Below, piece by piece: positions 1 through 11,332 of a DNA stretch of 64,000 nucleotides; the first letter of the stretch is position 1; each line of letters starts with the position of its first letter. The stretch is taken from positions 1 through 64,000 of the IMG/VR virus record IMGVR_UViG_2654587976_000001; one strand, 5' to 3'. A program made the position numbers and the translations under genes. Under the pieces are notes generated by a model. That model was not told where the DNA came from. It searched no databases and saw only the letters and a program-made list of their open reading frames with translations. The stretch is from a virus. Taxonomy: Duplodnaviria > Caudoviricetes.

Positions 1-120
1 TTACGTTTCGGCTCTTTCAGCAACCTTGAACGTATCATTTTGTTGTTGGAGATAGGAAGCACCCAATGTTCCGGCAACGCCGAATAATAGAACTGCACAG
101 ATAAATAGTTTAGTTTTCAT
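1..120 (-). CDS. phr: Phr signalling-peptide precursor, 39 aa (MKTKLFICAVLLFGVAGTLGASYLQQQNDTFKVAERAET)
   Basis: Translated by hand (below ORF-track cutoff): ATG overlaps the rap stop (ATGA), signal-peptide-like N-terminus, C-terminal KVA-ERAET resembles Phr peptides with Arg at position 2. Confidence 0.9.
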   Translation of the reverse strand: MKTKLFICAVLLFGVAGTLGASYLQQQNDTFKVAERAET

Positions 121-1277
121 ATTGCTTCTCCCCTTTTGATTTGTCTTCTTGCTTCATTTGCCAAACGATAAAATTCAACTGCACCCCAAGCATCCTGTTT
201 TCCAGTGAGAAAATCTGCTACAGAGACACCATAACTTTCCATGTCAGGGTATATACCTCTTTCTTTGAAGAACTCGAATGTTTTCCTAACTAAGTCTAAA
301 TCATAGTCCAAGAAAAGTCCTTTAACCATTTTTAACTTTTCAAGTACCATTTCATTGTTATGCCGTTCAGCCAGCTGTTTGGCCTGTTCATAAAATTTTT
401 TTGCGTTTTCAACGTCATTTTGCCTTCCCTTTAAGAAGGAGATAACAAATAATGTTTTAGCAGCGTAATCATGATTTTCCGGCTCAATGATTTGAAGTGA
501 CTTATTAAAGTGAAAAAATGCTTTATCAAGTTCTTCCATTTGATTATAACACAATCCAATATTAAACAGTGCTGAACGCATCAAATGCCCACGATTCTTT
601 TCACTTTTGTTTAGCTCTACTGCCTCCTGATACGCTTTGTATGCTTGCTTTAAAGCTTCATCAAACTTCATACTGTCCAGCAAATTACCAAATATGACGA
701 ATTGACAGCGCACCTTTTGTACCCCGTATGTAGGGTTCCCGTCAATAGCAGGTTGTTTTTTAAATATATCGTAAGCCCTCATGGCATAATTCATTGAAAA
801 ATAAGTCTGTTTCATGTGGTAATACACTTCTGACAATTTAAAATAAAATTCAGCTTTTTCAACTTCAATATCTCCACTCTCGATTGAATCCAAATACCTC
901 TCAGCTTGTCTATAGTAATTAAGGGAGAATGTTAACTCTTTTTGTCTGAAATAGAACATGCCCATGAAAAAGTAATAGTAATATTCCAGCATTCCTGTTA
1001 AATTTCCATGACCTTCATATTCTTTTAGCTCGCCATAATTTTTCTCAATGTCTTTTATAGCGTTAGGATACATATATGCCAACATTAGCTTATGTCTAAA
1101 CTCAAGTAGGGAGAAGTATAGTAAAACATCTTGATTTTCTTCCATAACTTTTATTTCCTGCATAACTTCTTTACGCATTTCTTCTGCTCTACCGACCCAA
1201 TTCTTTTTAATAGCCACATACCAATGATTCATCTTTGTTGCTACTAAATCATAAGGAATGACTTTTTCACTCTTCAA
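117..1277 (-). CDS. rap: Rap-family response-regulator aspartate phosphatase (TPR), RapI-like
   Basis: N-terminus IPYDLVATKMNHWY...MEENQDVLLYFSLLEFRH, LEYYYYFFMGM and EKAEFYFKLSEVYYHMKQ are Rap motifs; directly followed by phr. Confidence 0.92.
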   Translation of the reverse strand: MKSEKVIPYDLVATKMNHWYVAIKKNWVGRAEEMRKEVMQEIKVMEENQDVLLYFSLLEFRHKLMLAYMYPNAIKDIEKNYGELKEYEGHGNLTGMLEYYYYFFMGMFYFRQKELTFSLNYYRQAERYLDSIESGDIEVEKAEFYFKLSEVYYHMKQTYFSMNYAMRAYDIFKKQPAIDGNPTYGVQKVRCQFVIFGNLLDSMKFDEALKQAYKAYQEAVELNKSEKNRGHLMRSALFNIGLCYNQMEELDKAFFHFNKSLQIIEPENHDYAAKTLFVISFLKGRQNDVENAKKFYEQAKQLAERHNNEMVLEKLKMVKGLFLDYDLDLVRKTFEFFKERGIYPDMESYGVSVADFLTGKQDAWGAVEFYRLANEARRQIKRGEAI

Positions 1278-1392
1278 GTCCTAAACCCCTTTCATATCCA
1301 TTTTATTATATAGTTGCATTAGAGGAAAGAAATGTAAAGGGGATTTGAGTGAAAATTAAAAACAAATCAATAATTTGTTTATGACCGAAACG

Positions 1393-1423
1393 AAAAAAAT
1401 ACCCTCCTCGTTAGAGAAGGGTA
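1393..1423 (-). terminator. Intrinsic terminator after the collagen-like gene
   Basis: TACCCT...AGGGTA stem followed by a U-tract on the minus strand. Confidence 0.65.
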
Positions 1424-1428
1424 CGTTA

Positions 1429-1707
1429 TCAGTTTGCTGTTGCTTTCAGTGAGGCAAGCCACTCATCCAATGTTCCTGAGAAACCTTGTTGAACGGCTAA
1501 TTCATATGCTGATTTTCCATCTTTACCGGCAGCGCCAGTAGCACCTTTAACCCCGGTTGCACCTGTAGCTCCAGTATCGCCTTTTTCACCTTTTAATGAA
1601 GCTAACCATTCCTCTACAGTTCCTGAAAAACCATTGTCTACTGCAATATCATAAGCAGACTTCCCAGTGACAATTGAGACATTAACCATTGGATTGAAGA
1701 AACTCAT
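1429..1707 (-). CDS. Small collagen-like (Gly-X-Y) repeat protein
   Basis: GEKGDTGATGATGVKGATGAAGKDG flanked by two GKSAY.AV..GFSGT..EWLASLK motifs. Confidence 0.8.
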   Translation of the reverse strand: MSFFNPMVNVSIVTGKSAYDIAVDNGFSGTVEEWLASLKGEKGDTGATGATGVKGATGAAGKDGKSAYELAVQQGFSGTLDEWLASLKATAN

Positions 1708-1994
1708 TTATGCGCCCCCAAAAAATTATATGTTATTCCTGACTCAGAAATTTTGAAGCTTGTGATAGGTGAATCATGAGCGTCCATTTGAAAGCCTTGT
1801 CCAGCTCTTAAATAGATAGGATCACTGCCATTGATTGATACGTGGCATTCCTGATCATTCGAAAAGCTGAATTTATAGAAAGAATATTTAATCGTCCAGG
1901 TTGCAGGTGGGGAAGGGATTACTTCATGGTTAGATTCTGACTTCTCAAGCATTGGACTCCCGATATATCCAGATCCTATTTGCATGGCCAACAA
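1704..1994 (-). CDS. Hypothetical protein, coupled to the collagen-like gene
   Basis: ORF with AAAGGA RBS; 4-nt overlap with the downstream gene. Confidence 0.7.
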   Translation of the reverse strand: MLAMQIGSGYIGSPMLEKSESNHEVIPSPPATWTIKYSFYKFSFSNDQECHVSINGSDPIYLRAGQGFQMDAHDSPITSFKISESGITYNFLGAHK

Positions 1995-2046
1995 TCATTC
2001 CTTTCTTAATTAAAAATGAAAAAAAGGGGAGATGAACTCCCCCGAG

Positions 2047-2298
2047 TTATTTTGGTTCTGTGTATTCCATTGCTTGATCACTGTCTGAGATACCTGTAGT
2101 GGTTGGATCCACTACAACCCCCATTGCAGTTAAAAACGTAAGTAAAGCATTAAATTTCTCAGTGAGATCATCACTAAATACAGAAATATCGTATCCGAAA
2201 GCAGATGCAATAGCTTGTGCAAACAAAAGAGTTGCAGAGAAGATTGCAACCAGGAATGTTTTCTTTTTAAGTCTTACTTTCCAGTTAATTTTAGTCAT
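2047..2298 (-). CDS. Phage holin (phi-LC3-like family)
   Basis: INWKVRLKKKTFLVAI, two TM helices, GVVVDPTT.GISDS..AM.Y motif; next to the endolysin. Confidence 0.9.
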   Translation of the reverse strand: MTKINWKVRLKKKTFLVAIFSATLLFAQAIASAFGYDISVFSDDLTEKFNALLTFLTAMGVVVDPTTTGISDSDQAMEYTEPK

Positions 2299-2318
2299 GA
2301 AATTCGCTCCTGTTCATT

Positions 2319-2711
2319 TTATTTAAGGCCAAAATGTATGAGTAACCAGGCTGCGACAATAGTCGCAATTACACTGGGCAGTACCTTAAACACAAGGTCT
2401 TTAGTAAACTGAGAGGGATCAATTTTGCGAGTAGAATCAGAGCGTTCCAATATTTCAACTCGATTGTCCAGTTTTTCATATGATTTACTCAGATTTTTTA
2501 AACTGTTGCTCATTTCGTTCAGAGTGCTGAACTGTTCTCTCGATTGTGCTTGAGAATCCTTATTAATTTCGACTTGCTGCTCAACAAGCGTAGCAATACG
2601 ACCAATAACATTTGTTCTTTCTTCAAGAGAGTCAATTTTGTTATCAGTGTGCTTAGCTTTTTCTTCAAGTGCACTTAATCTTGAAATGGTGCTTTGCTCA
2701 AAGTTATCCAT
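2319..2711 (-). CDS. Lysis-module coiled-coil protein with C-terminal TM helix (XhlA/BhlA-like role)
   Basis: Coiled coil plus C-terminal hydrophobic anchor, between amidase and holin. Confidence 0.65.
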   Translation of the reverse strand: MDNFEQSTISRLSALEEKAKHTDNKIDSLEERTNVIGRIATLVEQQVEINKDSQAQSREQFSTLNEMSNSLKNLSKSYEKLDNRVEILERSDSTRKIDPSQFTKDLVFKVLPSVIATIVAAWLLIHFGLK

Positions 2712-2825
2712 TTGTCACCAACCTTTGATAAAATAGAAAGGTGACATTACATCACCTCCTAAAATAAGAGGATAATCATTGATATACCTCGATCAACAAT
2801 CATCCTCAAAGATATTTAAATATAT

Positions 2826-3878
2826 TTAGATTTTTGACCCAAACTGACCTGAGATGTAGCCGCGTTTACCTTTATAGATCACTTCCCAGTAACCCTTAGC
2901 ATTGTTTGAACCTTTCACTGAACCAGAAATGCTGAGTGTGTCACCTAACTTTACGGTGCCAAGATTCTTTGCTTTGTTTTTATCGGGTCTGTCCATAACG
3001 ATTGCAGCGCTTTTTACACCGACAATTTTAATTTTGCCTGCAGATTTGATACCACTGCTTTTAGGCTTAGAAGTGGATTTAGGCTTTGGGGTTGATTGTC
3101 CAAGTTCAGCATCACTTTTAATGTACTTCACATTTACGTAACCGCTGTATGTAGCACCTTTAGAGTTTGTATATTTGATATATCCCCAACCATTTTGAGT
3201 TGATCCTTTTTGGTATTGGACAGTGGAGCCTTTAGGAAGAGCGAGTACAATAGAGGAGTTTGCATTGCGTTGGGTTCTCACATTAAGACTGTCAGCGATA
3301 ACTGTGTTCTTAACATAAGAACCATTTGTTTTAACTACTTTTGTTGGCTTTGAAGATGAGGAAGAAGTTTTTCCGCCGAGTGCTTTTAATTCTGCAGCAA
3401 TGGCCGCTTTCACTTGATCCCAACGTCCCTCAGACAGAATACGATGCGGACAGTATTTTCCGTTCCAGTCCTGATGCTTTCTGATTTTGTCAACGCCCCA
3501 TCCGCGCTCTTTGAGAAGTTGCGCCACAAACTTGATAGCCAGTGCCTCTGCTACCCGGTAACGCGCACCACCTGACTTGCTGCAACAGATTTCCACGCCA
3601 ATAGACTTACGGTTCCCGGTTCCGTTTGTGCCATCGCCAGTATGCCAAGCATTCCGATCCAGCGGAATCCCCTGAATTACTTCTTTATCATCGACGGCAA
3701 AATGATAGCTTGTCGATTCGCTGTTTCCTGTCATATAACTGATTTCATTGGCGGCTGATGCGTCGTTTGCTGTGTTATGAATAGTGATATACTCCGGTGT
3801 CATTGGGTTCGGACATTTCAGAGCGTATTTTCCACTTGGAACTAATCTCTTTTTCACTGCAATTGTCATATTGAACAT
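2826..3878 (-). CDS. Endolysin, N-acetylmuramoyl-L-alanine amidase (Amidase_2) with SH3b-like wall-binding domains
   Basis: ITIHNTAN, SYHFAVDD, AWHTGDG, SIGVEIC, KYCPH motifs as in XlyA/CwlA; LNVRT SH3b-like segment. Confidence 0.93.
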   Translation of the reverse strand: MFNMTIAVKKRLVPSGKYALKCPNPMTPEYITIHNTANDASAANEISYMTGNSESTSYHFAVDDKEVIQGIPLDRNAWHTGDGTNGTGNRKSIGVEICCSKSGGARYRVAEALAIKFVAQLLKERGWGVDKIRKHQDWNGKYCPHRILSEGRWDQVKAAIAAELKALGGKTSSSSSKPTKVVKTNGSYVKNTVIADSLNVRTQRNANSSIVLALPKGSTVQYQKGSTQNGWGYIKYTNSKGATYSGYVNVKYIKSDAELGQSTPKPKSTSKPKSSGIKSAGKIKIVGVKSAAIVMDRPDKNKAKNLGTVKLGDTLSISGSVKGSNNAKGYWEVIYKGKRGYISGQFGSKI

Positions 3879-4041
3879 CTCTCCTAAAAATTAAATTTGA
3901 GCACAAAAAAAGAGAGAAGGGGCAAATCCCAATCTCTCTTTATCTCACGTATGCTCTTGTTATCTCTGTTTTTGAATGCTATAAATTGAATAAAATTTAT
4001 ATTTTAACTAGAACATAACCACCTCCTTTAATTTTGAGGGA

Positions 4042-6591
4042 TTACTTAATTAAGCAGATGGCAATGCCATAGCCAAGCTTGTCTGAATATGGGGTTACAA
4101 TCTCCATAGCCTTCCAAGAGTAAAACCTGTCTTCTGTTTTTGTGCCGATGCCATAATTACCTTCAATCCGATCTCCAACAGAAACGGTGTTGTCCACTTT
4201 CACATAAACCTGTCCAAGCAATCCAACTATATTCCATTCAGGGCGTTCTTCACGAGGGACATAATCTATTTTTTCAATCCACTCAGGGTTTACTTTAGGC
4301 AGTTTCTTAACATCACCGGTTTCTGGGTTGACCACATCTTCATATATGTATCCACCGAACTCATTCTTTAAATATCTACCTTGCCAGTGAATATCAGCTC
4401 CGCCTAAAATAGTTCCTGCAGTTTCGGAGATTACTCCGTGTACATCTTCACCTTTTCTCGCCGGGCGAATTTTAGCTCCTTCAAGAGTGACAATTGTCCC
4501 TGTCGGAATCGCTTTTCCGTCAAGGCTTTCAAAATACTCAGCGTAATCACTAAAGGTGGCTCCGCCATTCATCTTTCCTGCAGATGTTATATCCCCATTC
4601 ATGGAGTTTAGCATCCATTTAATATTTGCTCTGGATGGAGTAGCGCCGTATCCGCCAACCACCATATAGCGATCATTTTCACCAAGTTTTACACCGCCAG
4701 AAGCGTGGATTTCACGTGATACATTTTGCCCCTCGATATGAGAATCATTGGAGTTGTAAACACCGCTACGAGATCCGTCTACAGAGCTTCCGCCTGATGA
4801 GCCGAAAACGTTGGTTCTTGTTCCCTTTGCAACGCATCCTCCGGTAGTGGCTCCAACTAAAGTGGCATCTCCAAGAGCTTGAGGTTCACCCGATGAAGCT
4901 AATACTGCACTAGTATTTGTTTTAGCATAGCCAGAAGTCGTAGCCCCGCGTAGACCGCCCTTGAAGTTATTCGGGATAAACGTGTAGGCTTTTCCGGCAA
5001 TTTTACTGGGAGTAGCGTATTGTTCGCACATCGCAGCACTAATATTGGCTTGTGAGTTAGTGCAGTAAATACCTATTGAACCTGCTTTGTTTGTTCCCGT
5101 CATGTTAACGTTATTGATATTGACTGAGTCAACTCTACTTCCCACAGCAATACCCACTAAAGCAGATTGATTAATGGCTACATTTGAGATGTTTACATTG
5201 TCTGATTTTTGAGCTCCACCGATTACATAGATATCGTTACTTGCTGTTGTAAACCCCGAAACAGTGATGTTGCTTAGATTAATATTTCTGCTCTTATATT
5301 GAGTAGAGATTACTGTAGTATTCTTGTAATCATATGTCGGGTCACCAATTGCATTGAAGTTTGATACGTTGACATTTCTATAAGCGGAAACAACAAGTGC
5401 GCGAGGATTTAAACCTTGATAAAGGTCACTGAAAATAGGATGTTGTGCAGTGCAGTTAACAACATTAATGTCAAATGCACTTGTGGAGATTTTTTCGGAG
5501 GCTAGGTGGAAGCCAATATGTCTAAAGTCGAAAGCGCGGATATCATTTTCGGAATAGCAGTTAATTAGGTTTACGTTTCTTGCTGCTGGTGCTCTGTTGT
5601 GAGCTTTGACTTCAAAACCTCTACAGTTTTTTCGGCTGTAACAGTTCACAAGCCACACATTTTTAGAGCCATCATCAATTTCAAAACCGTTTGAATTTGA
5701 AGCTCCTTTACTGTGTGCGGATCCATTAGCGTCATAAGCATAACAGTTAGTGAAGAAGATGTAGTCAGAATAGTGAGTTGTGAAGCCATCATCACCATAA
5801 TTAGTTGCAGTACAATTCTCAATCCAAACATATTTGCTACCGTTTGGCTGATAATGATCTGCTCCATCAGAAGAAGAGTTCCAAACAGGGGAGCTTACAT
5901 CAAAACCGTGTACCCCTGGATTTCGAGCATTGACGTTTCTGACTCGTACAAATTTAGAGTTAACAATGCCCACACAGTTTGCATTTGTGCCGTTTGTAAT
6001 GGTGTTATCCTTTTTGTCTAAATTCCAATCGAGGTCTAAATCTTCAATTAAGATATATTCGTTTCCGTTTGTGTAGTCGCTGTTGGTTAATACACAAGAT
6101 GTTCCAGTAGCAGTTGGGTGAAGTTTGATAACAGACCCTGATCCAACACCATAAAGTCTGACATAAGAGGGGATGTGCAATCCTTGAACCATGTAAATCC
6201 CTGCCGGAACAAAAACCTCTCGTTTCCCACTTGCAAAGGCAGCTTTGAAAGCTTCAGTGTCATCAGTGACACCATCACCCTTAGCTCCAAAATCCTGAAC
6301 ATTGACACTTCGTCTGATAAATTCATTTAAGACTTTATCAACAATTGTTGCACCGGATGCAGGGATTTTTGAAATGTCTCCAATAGTGTTTGTGATATCT
6401 GTTAAACCAGAATCGACTGTGCTTATTACGTTTTTAATATCCTTAGAAGCTTTTTCAAAAGCCTCTTGAATATCGTCTGCAGTATATCTAATATTATTTG
6501 ATTTTAACCCTATAGCATCAATGGGTATCCACTGCTCTGTTTCTTCGTCCATATAACCCATTGTGTTTACGGGAATTAAATTGTCGTTCAA
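4042..6591 (-). CDS. Tail spike/appendage: pectate-lyase-like beta-helix with C-terminal autocleaving chaperone (peptidase G2-like); YomE position
   Basis: VNVQDFGAKGDGVTDDT start of beta-helix; DYAEYFES and PRE.RPEWNIVGLLGQ as in phi29 gp12-type appendages. Confidence 0.85.
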   Translation of the reverse strand: MNDNLIPVNTMGYMDEETEQWIPIDAIGLKSNNIRYTADDIQEAFEKASKDIKNVISTVDSGLTDITNTIGDISKIPASGATIVDKVLNEFIRRSVNVQDFGAKGDGVTDDTEAFKAAFASGKREVFVPAGIYMVQGLHIPSYVRLYGVGSGSVIKLHPTATGTSCVLTNSDYTNGNEYILIEDLDLDWNLDKKDNTITNGTNANCVGIVNSKFVRVRNVNARNPGVHGFDVSSPVWNSSSDGADHYQPNGSKYVWIENCTATNYGDDGFTTHYSDYIFFTNCYAYDANGSAHSKGASNSNGFEIDDGSKNVWLVNCYSRKNCRGFEVKAHNRAPAARNVNLINCYSENDIRAFDFRHIGFHLASEKISTSAFDINVVNCTAQHPIFSDLYQGLNPRALVVSAYRNVNVSNFNAIGDPTYDYKNTTVISTQYKSRNINLSNITVSGFTTASNDIYVIGGAQKSDNVNISNVAINQSALVGIAVGSRVDSVNINNVNMTGTNKAGSIGIYCTNSQANISAAMCEQYATPSKIAGKAYTFIPNNFKGGLRGATTSGYAKTNTSAVLASSGEPQALGDATLVGATTGGCVAKGTRTNVFGSSGGSSVDGSRSGVYNSNDSHIEGQNVSREIHASGGVKLGENDRYMVVGGYGATPSRANIKWMLNSMNGDITSAGKMNGGATFSDYAEYFESLDGKAIPTGTIVTLEGAKIRPARKGEDVHGVISETAGTILGGADIHWQGRYLKNEFGGYIYEDVVNPETGDVKKLPKVNPEWIEKIDYVPREERPEWNIVGLLGQVYVKVDNTVSVGDRIEGNYGIGTKTEDRFYSWKAMEIVTPYSDKLGYGIAICLIK

Positions 6592-6604
6592 TATATACTC
6601 CTCC

Positions 6605-7420
6605 TTATCCTTTTCTAATCCAAACCATACTTCCGTCAGGGGGTTCTACAGAAGGTTTTATCCTCATCTTTTTGGGAGCGTTGTTCGTTCTCAACCATAC
6701 TGACCTGATGTTGTAAGGCTCTACATAGCTAGAAACAATGTTGAAACCGTCATACTTATCTGAGATGCTAATATTTATCCAGTCGAAACCATCCCATCTA
6801 TATTCAATACCTGTTTCTTTTACAGTGACAGTCCAACCAATTTGAGGGGAAGGATAAGTGTTTAATAAATCCTGATAGGTGTACACAAACGGCAAGTAAA
6901 TCTTCCTAGTGTTTTCAACTACATATTCATAATCTGATGTTGCTTGTCTGCACCAATTTGTTATTTCAATACATCGCTTGGTGACACGTTCACATTCAGC
7001 AATACGTTCATTGATACGAATAATGGCATCTTCCGCATCATCAATTAAACCTTGAAGTGTTTCAATGACCATATTTCCTTGCCGTTTAATCCATATTCTT
7101 GAGGCAGGGAAGAAGGATGCGCCTTCTCCTTGATATGTAAAAGTAAGTGATTTGCCTTCATTTGAACCATTGAAAAAGACAACTCCCATAAGGTAATCAA
7201 CCTTAAAGTAGTTGTCTTCTAATTCACCATCTTCAATTTCTCGCCATTCTTTACTGTCACCACTAACCTCGACTCTGTACTCACGGTTAGGCACTTCTGT
7301 AAGTAAGATTCGACCATTGTAAACAGTTAAAGTTTCACTATAGCTTAAATAAGGGTCATCGATTGAACCCTTCCTTTTTTGAGAAAGGGTAGGGTCGTTA
7401 TAGAGCTGAGGAAAATCCAA
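6605..7420 (-). CDS. yomF: YomF-like tail/baseplate protein (probable TTG start at 7420)
   Basis: RBS AAAGGACGGTGA before TTG; position in the tail module. Confidence 0.6.
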   Translation of the reverse strand: MDFPQLYNDPTLSQKRKGSIDDPYLSYSETLTVYNGRILLTEVPNREYRVEVSGDSKEWREIEDGELEDNYFKVDYLMGVVFFNGSNEGKSLTFTYQGEGASFFPASRIWIKRQGNMVIETLQGLIDDAEDAIIRINERIAECERVTKRCIEITNWCRQATSDYEYVVENTRKIYLPFVYTYQDLLNTYPSPQIGWTVTVKETGIEYRWDGFDWINISISDKYDGFNIVSSYVEPYNIRSVWLRTNNAPKKMRIKPSVEPPDGSMVWIRKG

Positions 7421-7479
7421 ACTAAATTCACCGTCCTTTCTTATTGTGTAATTGATTTGAGCAATGCAGTCTTTTCTCT

Positions 7480-7647
7480 TTAAGCCTTTTTCCATGTACT
7501 CCTAACAATTCCCATGATCACTATATATACAATCGCAATACCAACAGTTACACCCTCAATTTTTATAAAAAAACTATTCAAAATTATTAATAAAAACGCT
7601 AGTACTGACGCAAACCAGTGTATAGATTCATATTTTTTGTCACTCAT
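7480..7647 (-). CDS. Small two-TM membrane protein (55 aa), moron-like
   Basis: GAGGGG RBS before ATG at 7647; two hydrophobic helices; lies behind a terminator inside the tail operon. Confidence 0.6.
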   Translation of the reverse strand: MSDKKYESIHWFASVLAFLLIILNSFFIKIEGVTVGIAIVYIVIMGIVRSTWKKA

Positions 7648-7876
7648 TGCTGATCCCCTCACTCTTTCTGTTAAACACTTTATATACCAAAATCCATCAT
7701 GACACAATTTCTGCTATGGGATCAAGTGGTAAAATGGTTTATAATTTACAAGGTATTTTTAAGTGAAGAAGGGGTATTATCGTATGAAAACGGTCAAGTC
7801 TTTGCATAAAGTAGAATTTTATTTATAGAAAGAAAGTTGAAATAAAAAAAGACGCATCCAATAAGGATATGCCTGT

Positions 7877-11286
<3,410 letters not shown>

Positions 11287-11305
11287 TTTTTATCACCTCA
11301 CAAAT

Positions 11306-11332
11306 AAAAAGAGCCAGCATATTAACTGGCTC
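11306..11332 (-). terminator. Terminator-like hairpin after cwlP
   Basis: GAGCCAG...CTGGCTC stem followed by TTTTT on the minus strand. Confidence 0.65.
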
